Positions 45,412 through 57,108 of a stretch of DNA of 64,000 nt are shown here, piece by piece. The notes under the pieces are model-generated. The model was not told the DNA's origin. It searched no databases and was given only the letters and a program-made list of their open reading frames with translations. Each line of letters begins with the position of its first letter. Within the stretch, counting starts at the first letter, position 1. Made by a program: the position numbers and the translations under genes. Origin of the DNA: Bacteroidota bacterium (GTDB taxonomy: Bacteria > Bacteroidota > Bacteroidia > Flavobacteriales > Flavobacteriaceae); assembly GCA_947466955.1 (NCBI GenBank), contig CANIFM010000001.1:1314-65313 (forward strand). The letters are read 5' to 3'.

Positions 45412-47208
45412 TTAGATTTTGAATCTTTTTCTATCCGTTTCTGTCAAATATATTTTTCTCAAACGAATAGATTTTGGTGTAACCTCAACATATTCATCTT
45501 TTTGAATGTACTCTAACGCTTCTTCTAATGAGAAAATAATCGGAGGAATAATCCTTGCTTTTTCATCATTTCCAGAAGAACGTACATTCGATTGTTTTTT
45601 CTCTTTGGTTACGTTTACACACATATCATCACCACGAGAATTTTCTCCAATTACTTGACCTTCGTAAATTTCAGCATTTGGTTCAACAAAAAACTTACCA
45701 CGATCTTGCAATTTATCGATAGAATAAGGAATCGCTTTTCCTTTCTCCATAGAAATTAATGACCCTTTGTTACGTCCAGAAATTTCTCCTTTGTAAGGCT
45801 CATATCCTATAAAACGGTGTGCCATAATTGCTTCACCAGCAGTTGCAGTTAACAATTGGTTACGCAATCCAATAATTCCACGAGATGGAATATTGAATTT
45901 TATTATCATACGTTCCCCTTTAGTTTCCATACTCAACATTTCACCTTTACGTAAAGTTACAAACTCTACCGCTCTTCCTGAAAGTGATTCTGGTAAATCA
46001 ATGGTTAACTCCTCAATTGGCTCACATTTTTTACCATCAATTTCTTTGATGATAACTTGTGGTTGACCGATTTGTAATTCATATCCTTCTCTTCTCATTG
46101 TTTCAATAAGAACAGACAAGTGAAGTACACCACGACCAAAAACCATGAATTTATCAGCTGAATCAGTTTCACCTAACTTCATCGCTAAGTTTTTCTCTAA
46201 TTCTTTTGTCAAACGATCTCTAATATGACGAGAAGTTACAAATTTACCCTCTTTACCAAAGAAAGGAGAGTCATTAATTGTAAACAACATACTCATTGTA
46301 GGCTCGTCAATAGCAATAGTTTGTAACGCTTCTGGATTATCAATGTCAGCGATTGTATCACCAATTTCAAAACCTTCAACTCCAACAATTGCACATATAT
46401 CTCCAGCAACTACTTCTTGAACTTTTTTACGACCTAATCCTTCAAAAGTATGTAATTCTTTGATACGTGATTTCATTATTACACCATCTCTTTTACATAA
46501 AGAAATTGGCATTCCTTCTTTCAAAACACCTCTTTCCAAACGACCAATAGCGATACGACCTGTAAACGCTGAGAAGTCTAATGAAGTAATTAACATTTGT
46601 GGTGTTCCTTCAGAAACTTTAGGAGGGGGTACATTTTCTATAACCATATCCAATAATGCTTCCACATTATCAGTTACGTTTTCCCAATGATCTGACATCC
46701 AGTTATTTTTAGCAGAACCGTAAACTGTTGGGAAATCCAACTGCCACTCTTCTGCACCTAATTCATACATTAAGTCGAAAACTTTTTCATGAACTTCTTC
46801 AGGAGTACAGTTTTCTTTATCTACTTTATTGATTACAACGCAAGGTTTTAAACCTAAGTCAAGTGCTTTTTGTAATACAAAACGTGTTTGTGGCATTGGT
46901 CCTTCAAAAGCATCAACTAGCAAACAAACTCCATCAGCCATATTCAATACACGTTCTACTTCACCACCAAAATCGGCGTGACCAGGAGTATCGATAATGT
47001 TGATTTTTGTTCCTTTGTAAACTACAGAAACATTTTTTGAAGTAATGGTAATACCTCTTTCACGCTCTAAGTCGTTGTTGTCAAGGATAAGATCACCTGT
47101 GTTTTCGTTGTCACGAAATAACTGACAGTGATACATAATTTTATCAACCAAAGTTGTTTTACCGTGATCGACGTGGGCAATAATTGCAATGTTTCTAATA
47201 GATTCCAT
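45412..47208 (-). CDS. typA: Translational GTPase TypA/BipA
   Basis: [46 protein letters not shown]. Confidence 0.97.
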   Translation of the reverse strand: MESIRNIAIIAHVDHGKTTLVDKIMYHCQLFRDNENTGDLILDNNDLERERGITITSKNVSVVYKGTKINIIDTPGHADFGGEVERVLNMADGVCLLVDAFEGPMPQTRFVLQKALDLGLKPCVVINKVDKENCTPEEVHEKVFDLMYELGAEEWQLDFPTVYGSAKNNWMSDHWENVTDNVEALLDMVIENVPPPKVSEGTPQMLITSLDFSAFTGRIAIGRLERGVLKEGMPISLCKRDGVIMKSRIKELHTFEGLGRKKVQEVVAGDICAIVGVEGFEIGDTIADIDNPEALQTIAIDEPTMSMLFTINDSPFFGKEGKFVTSRHIRDRLTKELEKNLAMKLGETDSADKFMVFGRGVLHLSVLIETMRREGYELQIGQPQVIIKEIDGKKCEPIEELTIDLPESLSGRAVEFVTLRKGEMLSMETKGERMIIKFNIPSRGIIGLRNQLLTATAGEAIMAHRFIGYEPYKGEISGRNKGSLISMEKGKAIPYSIDKLQDRGKFFVEPNAEIYEGQVIGENSRGDDMCVNVTKEKKQSNVRSSGNDEKARIIPPIIFSLEEALEYIQKDEYVEVTPKSIRLRKIYLTETDRKRFKI

Positions 47209-47468
47209 CTGTGATTTTTAATGGGTGCAAAGGTACACTTTATTTTTACATAATCCTCATTAATTATTGAGTACCGCCTTCTTTCCTTGTAGATGTTGAC
47301 TTTACAGCTATAATGTTAACGTTAAATTAATAGAAAAAATCCTTTTTTGGGTGTTTGGAATGGCTATTTATTATTGTTACTAATGTAAAATGTATCAAAT
47401 TTGTTCAATAAAAAAGCGATTACAAATGAATTTCTTCTTTGTAATCGCTAAATAATGATTGGTTTTTT

Positions 47469-47699
47469 TTATTCCTTTTCGTAGCGTTCCATTTCACGAT
47501 CATAAAACGCATTGGCAAGTTCAATTAGCCCTTCCATTTCTGCATTAAGTTCTGCTTCGTCAAGGTCTTCGGCTTCTTCAATGAATTCAACTTCATCGTC
47601 TTTTAGATTGATTATAAATCTTGGATAATCCATGTGAATAATGAAAATATCTTCAGGAAAATCGGTATTGTCTCCAAGTAAAAATTTTGGTAATTCCAT
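47469..47699 (-). CDS. Small acidic hypothetical protein
   Basis: LPKFLLGDNTD.P..IFIIH..YPRFIINL; followed by hairpin 47415-47449. Confidence 0.75.
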   Translation of the reverse strand: MELPKFLLGDNTDFPEDIFIIHMDYPRFIINLKDDEVEFIEEAEDLDEAELNAEMEGLIELANAFYDREMERYEKE

Positions 47700-47778
47700 A
47701 TTTGTTGTTAATTTGGTTATTCGTTAATTTGGTTATTATAAATCCGAGGGAATGAATAACCAAATTAACTTTTAAAAA

Positions 47779-48690
47779 CTATTTATCTGATAAAATCACC
47801 GGCGTATTTCCTTTTCCGTTCATAAAAATGATTTTTGTGTTTGGAGAGGCTGCCAATTCTTTTTGTGCTTTTATTTGTTCGTATTGCAATTGTTTGTCTG
47901 TTAATCCCATCGATATAATACGTTGGTAATCAGCGATACCTTGTGCTTCTACACGTTTACGTTCTGCTTCTTGTTTTTCTTTCTGAAGTACGAATGTCAT
48001 TTTTTGAGCATCTTGTTCTGCATTGATTTTACTTTCAATTGACAGTTTTACAGAAGCAGGAAGATTGATATTTCTAATTAACAATTGCTCTAAAACAAGC
48101 CCTCTTTTTTTGAAATCATCTTCTATACTCTTGAAAATTCGTTGTTGGAATTCATTTCTTTTCGTGGAATACAAAGCAACTGCATCATAATAAACTGCAT
48201 TATCACGAATACGAGTTCTTGTTACAGGACGAACAATTTTATCTGAAAAATTTACTCCAATTTGTTTGAAAATTTTAGGTGCATCGGATGGTGAAATACG
48301 GTACAAAACTGTTAAATCTATTACCACTTCCAATCCGTCATTTGACAAAACACGAATGGCATCATCGCCTTCTTGAGCACCTTCAGAATGTATCGCCGAC
48401 ATGGTGTAATTTTGGGTTTGAATATCAAATTCGGTAATATCTAATAATGGATTTATTATATGTAAGCCACTTTCTAATATATCAGATTGTACATTTCCGT
48501 AAAGAGACTGAACGCCTACTTTTCCGGCATCAATTTGCTTGAACATAGAAGAAAATAATCCAATTGCGATAACAAAGACGGCTCCGATTTTAAATAAACC
48601 TGCGAATTTTGTTAAAGGCGAGGCATTGTTTTTAAGGGTTGAACCAATCAAAAACAAAACAATTCCAATAATTACTGAGAATATTACCAT
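47779..48690 (-). CDS. SPFH/prohibitin family protein
   Basis: TM anchor, GLHIINP, IESKINAEQ, EAERKRVEAQG. Confidence 0.9.
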   Translation of the reverse strand: MVIFSVIIGIVLFLIGSTLKNNASPLTKFAGLFKIGAVFVIAIGLFSSMFKQIDAGKVGVQSLYGNVQSDILESGLHIINPLLDITEFDIQTQNYTMSAIHSEGAQEGDDAIRVLSNDGLEVVIDLTVLYRISPSDAPKIFKQIGVNFSDKIVRPVTRTRIRDNAVYYDAVALYSTKRNEFQQRIFKSIEDDFKKRGLVLEQLLIRNINLPASVKLSIESKINAEQDAQKMTFVLQKEKQEAERKRVEAQGIADYQRIISMGLTDKQLQYEQIKAQKELAASPNTKIIFMNGKGNTPVILSDK

Positions 48691-48705
48691 TTTTTACGAT
48701 TTTAA

Positions 48706-50082
48706 TTACAAGTTTCTGAGAACTTGTTTGTTTGTTAATTTATGAAAGCGAATATACAAAAATAAAGCGGCAGTTGTTAACCCTGCCAAAAGTCCAATCC
48801 AAATTCCAACAGCTCCTAAATCGGTGTATTTTCCTAAGTAATAAGAAGTCGGAAAACCAACTATCCAATAGGCAATAAACGTAATATACATGGGCACTTT
48901 TACATCTTGCAAACCCCGCAAAGCTCCTAAAACCACAACCTGAACTCCATCAGAAATTTGAAAAACAGCAGCTACTAAAAGTAGTTTTGAAGCAATAAAA
49001 ATCACTTCTTTGTTCTCAATAACTTGCGAAACGTTGTTCATATTTAGAAATAAATGAGGCAGAAAATTATGTAGAATTACAAATAAGATACCAAATAACG
49101 TTTCAACAATAATTGCCAATAAGAATACCGATCTCGCAACAACAATTAATTTTTTATAATCCATTAAGCCTTTTTGATTGCCCACACGAATCGTTGCGGC
49201 AACACTAAGTCCCATTGCAAACATAAAAGTAGTTGTGGCAAGTGTCAGCGCAATTTGATTTGCGGCTTGACTGGTTTTGCCAATTGATCCTGAAAGCCAA
49301 ATTGCTGCCGTAAATAAAGCGACTTCAAAGAGCATTTGCATTGCAGAAGGAATTCCTAAACTGGCTATTTTCCTGAGCATTGATTTCTTAATTTCTCTAA
49401 AGCTAAAATTCTTGAAATAAGGCTTGAGTTGGATGTTATTTCGCATTATAAAATGCATAAAAACGACCATCATAATTCTGGAAATTACTGTTCCTAATGC
49501 AGCACCTAAAATTCCTAATTTGGGAAAAATCCAGATACCATAAATCAACATGTAATTAAAGAAAATGTGAACGATATTAGCCAATAAAATTGCGTACATA
49601 GAATATTTGGTTCTTGATAAGCCATCGGCAAACTGCTTGTATCCTTGGAAAATTATCACTGGAATTAATGAAAATGCAACCCAATCAATATAAGGAGCTG
49701 CTAAATCGACAACTTCTTTCGGTTGGTGCATTAAGAGCATTATTGGCTTAGCCAAAACTATCATAATAAATAAAACAACCCCTAAAACGGTACAGGATAA
49801 TAAACCGTGATGAAAAACAGAACGGATTTTCTTATCATTCTTTTCGGCATCGGCTTCTGAAACTAAAGGTGTTATTGCTGTTGAAAATCCAATTCCAATT
49901 GACATTCCGATAAAAACAAAACTACTTCCCAACGAAACGGCAGCCAACTCAGTAGAACCAAGATTACCAACCATAATATTATCAACAATTGCAATTAATG
50001 TATGTCCTAACATCCCAAGAATTACGGGATAGGCTAATTTTAAGTTATAAGAAAACTCCTTCGTGTATTGTTTCAGATTCAA
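48706..50082 (-). CDS. MATE family efflux transporter
   Basis: DNIMVG.LG..ELAA, about 12 TMs, DGVQVV.LGALRG. Confidence 0.92.
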   Translation of the reverse strand: MNLKQYTKEFSYNLKLAYPVILGMLGHTLIAIVDNIMVGNLGSTELAAVSLGSSFVFIGMSIGIGFSTAITPLVSEADAEKNDKKIRSVFHHGLLSCTVLGVVLFIMIVLAKPIMLLMHQPKEVVDLAAPYIDWVAFSLIPVIIFQGYKQFADGLSRTKYSMYAILLANIVHIFFNYMLIYGIWIFPKLGILGAALGTVISRIMMVVFMHFIMRNNIQLKPYFKNFSFREIKKSMLRKIASLGIPSAMQMLFEVALFTAAIWLSGSIGKTSQAANQIALTLATTTFMFAMGLSVAATIRVGNQKGLMDYKKLIVVARSVFLLAIIVETLFGILFVILHNFLPHLFLNMNNVSQVIENKEVIFIASKLLLVAAVFQISDGVQVVVLGALRGLQDVKVPMYITFIAYWIVGFPTSYYLGKYTDLGAVGIWIGLLAGLTTAALFLYIRFHKLTNKQVLRNL

Positions 50083-50349
50083 TTTAAATATATTTTCTGC
50101 AAAAGTAATCAGATTATTCTTGTGTTCATGTAATATGAATTAATAATTATCAGCTTGTGTAGTTTGCAAAGCCAATTCTAAATGGTTTTTGTTTTGAATT
50201 ATTTATTACTGTAAAGATTGTTTCGCAAGAAGTAATTGATGCTATTTCTTAACTGAAATAATATTAAATGAGAAAATCTCATTCCATAAAGGTATTATTT
50301 TTAGTTGGTCAAGACTAATATATTTGTTTGTCCTGACTATCTATTTAAG

Positions 50350-50449
50350 TTACTACGGTAACTTATTTAATTTACCGCGGTAACTTAGATAAACTACCGC
50401 GGTAACTTACTTAATTTACCGCGGTAACTTTGTAAACTTACCGCGGTAA
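50350..50449. repeat. Five palindromic 12-mers at exact 22-bp period
   Basis: TTACCGCGGTAA (or 1-2 mismatches) at 50350, 50372, 50394, 50416, 50438. Confidence 0.9.
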
Positions 50450-50691
50450 AATACTTACTTCGTGCGGACTACTGGATTTACTGCACCTGATGATTAAAAA
50501 AGTCAATACGGACGTTCAAACTAAACCACCATTTTTAGTATGTAAAACGCTTTCATTTTTCTTGAAAACACTCTTGTTTTGAAAATTGAAATAGGTCTTT
50601 TTGAGCTGATGCACTTATTGTTATAAGTAGTATTTTAAGTAATATTTTAAGTAGTGCTATAAGTGATAACTTTTGATTTACGATTTGAATG

Positions 50692-53232
50692 TTAAAGATT
50701 TAAATTTCGTAATCGTAATGCATTCACAATTACTGATACGGAACTAAACGACATCGCTAAAGCTGCAATCATTGGTGATAATAAAATTCCAAAAAATGGA
50801 TATAGGACACCTGCTGCTATTGGAACTCCTAAAACATTATAGAAGAAAGCAAAGAATAAGTTTTGCTTGATGTTTCTCATTACGGCATGGCTTAAATTTT
50901 TAGCTTTAACAATTCCTTGTAAATCGCCTTTAACCAATGTAATTTTAGCACTTTCAATAGCTACATCTGTTCCTGTTCCCATTGCAATTCCTATATCGGC
51001 TTGTGCCAATGCAGGCGCATCATTAATTCCATCACCTGCCATTGCTACAATTTTTCCTTCCGCTTGTAATTGTTTAATTTCTTTGAGTTTGTCTTCTGGA
51101 AGACACCCCGCTTTGTAAGATGTAAGTTCCAATTCATCAGCAACCGCTTTGGCTGTGTTTTCATTGTCTCCGGTAAGCATAATTATTTCAACACCTTGTC
51201 GCATTAATTCTTTAATAGCTGCTGTGCTTGATTCTTTTATAGCATCAAAAATTGAAACATAACCTACTGCAACTCCATCAACTGAAATGTATGACACTGT
51301 TTTTCCAAGTTTTTGTTCTGCAATGATTTTATTTTCGATGTCAACGCTAAATACTACTTTGAACTGCTCCATAAGTTTTTTATTTCCTAACGCTATTTTT
51401 TTATTGGTCACAGTACCAGTAACTCCTTTTCCTGCCAGGGCTTCAAAATCTTTTACTTCAATTAATGAAATGGATTTCGTCTTAGTATAATTTACAACAG
51501 CTTGTGCCAATGGATGTTCGCTATATTGGTTTAAGGATGCTATACTTTGTAATAGTTCATCATCGTTGTTATTGGACGAATAAATTTTTTCGACAGATGG
51601 TTTGCCTTCGGTTATTGTTCCTGTTTTGTCAATGATTAGAACATTTACCTTATTCATATTTTCTAAAGCTTCAGCATTTTTTATTAATACACCTGATTGT
51701 GCACCTTTGCCAACACCCACCATTACCGACATTGGTGTTGCCAATCCTAACGCACACGGACAGGCAATAATTAAAACGGCAATACCATTTATAAAACCAT
51801 ATACCAATGCTGGTTCTGGACCAAGCTTAGCCCAAATAAAAAAAGTTAGAACAGACGTGATTACTACTATCGGCACAAAATACTTGGCAATGCTGTCGGC
51901 TAATTTTTGAATTGGCGCTCTTGATCGAGAAGCATCATTTACCATTTTGACGATTTGAGAAAGCAAGGTTTCTGAACCTACTTTTTCGGCAATCATTACG
52001 AAGGAATTGTTACCATTGATAGTTCCTGCAATTACCTTGTCATCTTTCTTTTTGTCAACTGGAATTGGTTCTCCAGTAATCATTGCTTCATCAATACTAC
52101 TTTCGCCATCGGTTATTCTTCCATCAACAGGAATTTTATCTCCAGGTTTTACTCTTAATAAATCTCCTTTCTTGATGTCATGGATTGAGATTACTTTATC
52201 AATTCCGTCAATAACCAATATAGCTTCGGTTGGTGCTAGTTTTAATAATTCTTTGATAGCTCCATTGGTTTGATTATGTGCCCTGGCTTCCAATAGTTGC
52301 CCTAACAAAACTAAAGTCAGAATTACAGTTGTCGCTTCGAAGTATAATAAAACTGTTCCGTGTTCAGTTTTAAATTCAGATGGGAAAATATCTGGAAAAA
52401 ACATACCAACCAAACTGAATAAGAAAGCCACCCCAGTTCCGATTCCGATAAGCGTGAACATGTTCAAGTTCCAGGTAATAATTGATTTCCATGCACGAAC
52501 AAAGAAAATCCAACCGGCATAAAAAACAACAGGAAGTGATAGTAGTAGTTGTATCCAATTCCATTTAGAGGCATCCAATATTTTGAATAACGGATTGTTT
52601 TTTGCCATTTCCATCATTGCAATAGCGAAAATAGGAACTGTGAAAACTACTGCTACTTTCATTTTCTTTAGCAAATCTTTATACGTTTTTTGTTCTTCGG
52701 ATTCAGTTGGATTCGTTGGTACTAAATCCATTCCGCAAATAGGGCATGATCCCGGAGTTTCACTAATTACTTCGGGGTGCATTGGGCAAGTATATAAGGT
52801 TTTTGTAACAGTTAAGTCAGGTGCTTTGACCAAATCCATTCCACAAACAGGGCAGTCGCTTGCTTTGTCATAGACTTTTTCGCCTTCGCAGTGCATGGGG
52901 CAATAGTATTTGCCATTAGCATTACTATTTGTTTTTATTACTTTTTTATCATTGCGAGAAGGTGTCGAGCAACAGGGTTTTGCAGGAGTTTGATTTGAAG
53001 ATGGTTGCTGTTTACTTTTTTCATTAGTCATTTCTATGGTGTATTTTCCAACGGCGGTTAATACCTCTTGCAATTGCGTTGTTGGAATATGCTTTTCCAT
53101 AGTTATAGATGCTGTTGGTGGTTTTAATGAAACTGAAGCTTCAACGCCCTCAATAGCGTTCAATGTTTTTTCGACTTTAGTACGACAACCATCGCAAGTC
53201 ATTCCTGTAATGTTATAAGTATGTATCATCAT
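50692..53232 (-). CDS. copA: Copper-type P1B ATPase
   Basis: GMTCDGC HMA, two CPMH domains, TGEP, CPCALGLA, DKTGT, GDGINDAP. Confidence 0.92.
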   Translation of the reverse strand: MMIHTYNITGMTCDGCRTKVEKTLNAIEGVEASVSLKPPTASITMEKHIPTTQLQEVLTAVGKYTIEMTNEKSKQQPSSNQTPAKPCCSTPSRNDKKVIKTNSNANGKYYCPMHCEGEKVYDKASDCPVCGMDLVKAPDLTVTKTLYTCPMHPEVISETPGSCPICGMDLVPTNPTESEEQKTYKDLLKKMKVAVVFTVPIFAIAMMEMAKNNPLFKILDASKWNWIQLLLSLPVVFYAGWIFFVRAWKSIITWNLNMFTLIGIGTGVAFLFSLVGMFFPDIFPSEFKTEHGTVLLYFEATTVILTLVLLGQLLEARAHNQTNGAIKELLKLAPTEAILVIDGIDKVISIHDIKKGDLLRVKPGDKIPVDGRITDGESSIDEAMITGEPIPVDKKKDDKVIAGTINGNNSFVMIAEKVGSETLLSQIVKMVNDASRSRAPIQKLADSIAKYFVPIVVITSVLTFFIWAKLGPEPALVYGFINGIAVLIIACPCALGLATPMSVMVGVGKGAQSGVLIKNAEALENMNKVNVLIIDKTGTITEGKPSVEKIYSSNNNDDELLQSIASLNQYSEHPLAQAVVNYTKTKSISLIEVKDFEALAGKGVTGTVTNKKIALGNKKLMEQFKVVFSVDIENKIIAEQKLGKTVSYISVDGVAVGYVSIFDAIKESSTAAIKELMRQGVEIIMLTGDNENTAKAVADELELTSYKAGCLPEDKLKEIKQLQAEGKIVAMAGDGINDAPALAQADIGIAMGTGTDVAIESAKITLVKGDLQGIVKAKNLSHAVMRNIKQNLFFAFFYNVLGVPIAAGVLYPFFGILLSPMIAALAMSFSSVSVIVNALRLRNLNL

Positions 53233-53341
53233 TTTTTTTTCAAATTTCCAGTCTAACAGTTTGTTAGAGTTCCATATTTTTGGGTTTGCTTTGCAAGATT
53301 TTAAAAAGGCGAAACATTAAATGCTCCGCCTTATAAACTCA

Positions 53342-54403
53342 TTACATTTTTAAAACAATTCCGTTAGGTTTGTTACCCACGGTTATTGTTTTGATAACCG
53401 TGTGATTAGCAACATTTAGTACTGAAACTGATTTTGCCATTTGGTTGGTTACATAAGCTGTATTTCCATCTGTAGTAAAAGCTATTGCATGAGCACCATC
53501 ACCGGCAGTGATTACTCCTGCATCCATCCACATTCCCATGCCTGTATCCCAAGTATAATAATGTACCTTAGAATTCATAGGATCAGTAACCCATAATTCA
53601 TTTTTAACACTGTTATGTGCTGCAATACCGGGCATGAATCCTAAAGCAATCGTTTGGTCAACCGCGTTAGTTGCTACATTAATTACAGAAATTGATTGTC
53701 CGTCTTCGTTATCTACAAACATTTGTCCGTTACTTCCTGTCCAAGCACCCACTGGGTTATTTCCAACAACAACAGTAGTTATCACGGCTTTTGTAGCGAC
53801 ATTAATTATGGTTACTGTATCATCATCACCATTGGCAACATACGCTTTTGTTCCATCAGAAGAGAATGTTAATTCAGCAGGCATCATTCCAACAGTAATT
53901 GTATTCATTAAAGCGTAAGTTGAAGCATTGTAAACCAATACTTTTCCATTCATACCCATTTGTGGCACCCAAATTTCATTACCATTTGGAGAATAGATGG
54001 TATTGTGGTTCATTACTGGCAAATCCATATTTTCCATAATTGCGCCAGTAGTAGCATTTAGAATAAGCATTTTGCCTGGCATTGTTCCTATTGATGTATG
54101 ACCAGCACTAAAATCCATTCCAGGAACTCCTAATGTTAAGTTTCCTTGATGGTATGCTATATGATGTGGCCAAGTAACCATAGCAGAAGATGGAAATGAA
54201 ATTGTTCCTGTTACTTCACCAGTTGCTAGTTTGATTACTGAAACAGTCGCATCTTGTCCATTTACAACATAAGCTGCAGGATAATCTACATTTATTGCGG
54301 TTGGTGTGTTTGCATTACTATCTTTTGAGCAAGATGTTGTGAAAAAAGCTGCAATTGTGAGCATTGCTAAAGCATAAAGAGTATTTAATTTTATTGTTTT
54401 CAT
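53342..54403 (-). CDS. YVTN/YncE beta-propeller lipoprotein, Met/His-rich
   Basis: Lipobox-like FTTSC; AYVAN, AYVTN repeats; inside metal cluster. Confidence 0.8.
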   Translation of the reverse strand: MKTIKLNTLYALAMLTIAAFFTTSCSKDSNANTPTAINVDYPAAYVVNGQDATVSVIKLATGEVTGTISFPSSAMVTWPHHIAYHQGNLTLGVPGMDFSAGHTSIGTMPGKMLILNATTGAIMENMDLPVMNHNTIYSPNGNEIWVPQMGMNGKVLVYNASTYALMNTITVGMMPAELTFSSDGTKAYVANGDDDTVTIINVATKAVITTVVVGNNPVGAWTGSNGQMFVDNEDGQSISVINVATNAVDQTIALGFMPGIAAHNSVKNELWVTDPMNSKVHYYTWDTGMGMWMDAGVITAGDGAHAIAFTTDGNTAYVTNQMAKSVSVLNVANHTVIKTITVGNKPNGIVLKM

Positions 54404-54424
54404 TTTATTATTAGTTTAATTATT

Positions 54425-55255
54425 TTATTTAATTGTTTCTATTGTTTTACCACATGTTAACATTTGTGACCCGTAATAAGGATTTTTAACTGTGTTTTCT
54501 TTACTTAACCAATTGGCATCCTGCATTGGGCAGTATTGATAATACACCGCTTCTGTTGGTTTAGAAACTTTGATTATTTCATAGATACTCTTTGATACAG
54601 ATTTGAACGCTTCTCTTTGTTTTTTGATTTCTTGTGTTTCTGAAATGATTTTCACATTAGCTTTTAGATCATTGAAAGCTTTCATCCAAACCATGTGAAC
54701 ATCCATTGTCAAAGTTTCCATTTTTACAGTTTGTATTGCAGTTAACAATTCATTGGCTTTACTAGCAGCTGTTTTACTATCTGATTTTACTAACGCGTCC
54801 TTTAATAAAAAATAATTATCATAAACCGCTTTAATTTGATTCGTTTCTACAGCTACAGTGTTTGTGGTTTCTGTTTCAACCTCTTCAACTTTGGTTTTGT
54901 TTTTTACAGAAACTTTTGCTTCACGGTCATATTGACAACAACCAGGTAAGTTGGAATAAGCAGTATCTGGAGCAAGGAATTTATCGCTATCATATCCAGC
55001 TAGTGCAATACGTTTCAGTATCTCATCCTGATTGGTTTTGCTTTGGTCATAGGTTAGAGTCGCCATTTCGCTATCAATTTCCCAAACTACCTTAGCAGTA
55101 TTTTTTATGTTTCCTGCTTTTTCAATTTTGGTTTTGCACATACCGCAGTTTCCGAATACTTTAACGGTTTCGGTTTTAGGATTTTTTATTTGTGCGCTTG
55201 TGATTCCTGATAGCAATATTAAAATTGCGACCATTATTTTATTTAATGAGTTCAT
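54425..55255 (-). CDS. HMA plus DUF3347 heavy-metal protein
   Basis: GNCGMCK, LPGCCQY, YF.LKDALV.SD, YCPM..ANWLS...NPYYG..MLTCG. Confidence 0.88.
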   Translation of the reverse strand: MNSLNKIMVAILILLSGITSAQIKNPKTETVKVFGNCGMCKTKIEKAGNIKNTAKVVWEIDSEMATLTYDQSKTNQDEILKRIALAGYDSDKFLAPDTAYSNLPGCCQYDREAKVSVKNKTKVEEVETETTNTVAVETNQIKAVYDNYFLLKDALVKSDSKTAASKANELLTAIQTVKMETLTMDVHMVWMKAFNDLKANVKIISETQEIKKQREAFKSVSKSIYEIIKVSKPTEAVYYQYCPMQDANWLSKENTVKNPYYGSQMLTCGKTIETIK

Positions 55256-55412
55256 TGTTACGGATTATTATATTATATTGAATTAGTTATGCAAAGTCAA
55301 AAAAGTAGCATGTACTGCTCTGGTTTTGGCATTGTCATTAATCGATAAAAAATGATTTTAAAGCAATTTATGCTTCAAGATTTGACACATTTATGGCTGT
55401 CAAAAGTTGGTT

Positions 55413-55781
55413 TTAGCTTATTTTTGGTATTAGCCAAAGGGAATAGAAACCTTTAGAAATAAAGGTTTTGGCATTAAAGTATTTTTCTTTATCGAAAGAA
55501 AAATTAATAGTAATGTTCTTCAAATTAAATTCGGAGGTAAAGGTAAAAGCATTAATTACAGATGGGCAGGTACATTTTGAACGCCCACATTTTCCGCCGC
55601 AACCTTTGTGATTTTTTGTTTTAGAATTACTGCCACTATCGCAACAATTATTATTTTCTGGTTTAGATCCTATTTCTTTTTTAGAAGTTTGTTTTTCAGA
55701 ACAGCCACCACAAGCATAACTGCTAATAGGCATAAAAAACATGCCCATAAATAGAATTAATATGAAGTGGTATTTTTTCAT
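55413..55781 (-). CDS. Cys-rich secreted protein of the metal cluster
   Basis: Signal peptide, CC and CGGKCG..KCTC motifs. Confidence 0.7.
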   Translation of the reverse strand: MKKYHFILILFMGMFFMPISSYACGGCSEKQTSKKEIGSKPENNNCCDSGSNSKTKNHKGCGGKCGRSKCTCPSVINAFTFTSEFNLKNITINFSFDKEKYFNAKTFISKGFYSLWLIPKIS

Positions 55782-56095
55782 TAAAAAAAACTTATTTACA
55801 AAGCTAAAACAATTGTATTTCTCTTTTAACTAAACTTTTGTTAAATCATTTTTTTAAGACTACAACTATTTTTAAAGAAGTCATTTTGTTTTTAGAATTT
55901 TCTTGTTTAGGCTCATATTGTAAATATATAGATTCTAAAAATTGTGCTTTTTCAAGTGTGCTAAAGTCAGATTTATGTTTATGAACGTTTTCAGAAGGAC
56001 TAGCAACTCAAATGTAAAATGTTTTTGTTAAAAAAAGTGTTTATTGTAATGAGGAATAGTTTTTTCTTTATTAAATTCCAATTGTAATACAAGTT

Positions 56096-56893
56096 TCAAC
56101 TAAACCTTAATCTCACAAATACGTGTTTGATTCCTTTTTTGTCAGAATCTCTTTCGTCGATTTCAAGGATGTCGGTTAGGGATTTTAGCATTGGAGTTAA
56201 TTTGTTGAAACCATAATTTCTTGGATCAAACTCTGGCTTTTTCTTTACGATAAGGTTTCCAACATCTCCAAGGAATGCCCAACCATCGTCGTCGCAAATG
56301 GCTTCGATTGTAGCTTCTATTAATTCGATGGTTTGTAAATCTATTTTTTGAACGACTTCTTTTTCGATTACTTCTTTTTCAACTGGTCCTTTTCCAACTG
56401 CTTTTTTAGTATCGGTTGTGGCTTGTTTTGGCGCTTTCTTTGGAACTGCACCGTGTAAAACTTCGATATATATAAATCGGTCACAGGCAACGATGAAGGA
56501 ATTTGGTGTTTTCTTTTCTCCAATTCCAATGACTTTCATTCCTGATTCTCGTAAGCGAATTGCCAAACGAGTAAAGTCGGAATCGCTGGAAACTATGCAA
56601 AAACCATCGACTTTATCGGAATATAATAAGTCCATTGCATCGATAATCATTGCGGAATCCGAGGAGTTTTTCCCCACGGTATAACTGTATTGTTGAATAG
56701 GAGTGATGGCATGTTCTAACAAAACTGATTTCCAACCGTTGGCATTTGGTTTGGTCCAATCGGCGTAAATGCGTTTGGTTGTTGGTGTTCCGTATTTTGC
56801 GATTTCTTCCATCATTCCTTTTACATTGCTGTAGGGAACGTTGTCGGCATCAATTAATACGGCGAGTTTTAATTCTTTGGTGATTTGTGACAT
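56096..56893 (-). CDS. NYN (LabA/DUF88) domain protein with OST-HTH/LOTUS domain
   Basis: LAVLIDADN, GKNSSD, SSDSDF, WAFLGDVG...FDPRNYGF. Confidence 0.9.
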   Translation of the reverse strand: MSQITKELKLAVLIDADNVPYSNVKGMMEEIAKYGTPTTKRIYADWTKPNANGWKSVLLEHAITPIQQYSYTVGKNSSDSAMIIDAMDLLYSDKVDGFCIVSSDSDFTRLAIRLRESGMKVIGIGEKKTPNSFIVACDRFIYIEVLHGAVPKKAPKQATTDTKKAVGKGPVEKEVIEKEVVQKIDLQTIELIEATIEAICDDDGWAFLGDVGNLIVKKKPEFDPRNYGFNKLTPMLKSLTDILEIDERDSDKKGIKHVFVRLRFS

Positions 56894-56945
56894 AGTTTAA
56901 AGTCTAAATATACATCAAAGGTACAAAGTTTCTCATTAATTGGAT

Positions 56946-57020
56946 GCCCTAGCCCAGATAGAAATGGAAATCCTGCGCTTTTTTGCGCAGATTGCAATGG
57001 ATAGCTGGAAATAGCTCCTA
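56946..57020 (+). repeat. Structured intergenic element, possibly a Flavobacterium dispersed repeat RNA
   Basis: CCAG/CTGG outer pairing and CTGCGC-TTTTTT-GCGCAG inner hairpin; only one copy in the window. Confidence 0.4.
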
Positions 57021-57108
57021 AAAAAAAGTAGGATTTAAGACCTATATTAAGGTAGAAATATTTATTTTTGCAGCACTTTAAGATTAACAATTTTTTTCAA
57101 AATACAAG

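Noticed and set aside
50350-50449. 22-bp array as mini-CRISPR
   Set aside because: Repeats are 12 bp, spacers are 10 bp and resemble each other, and no cas genes are nearby.
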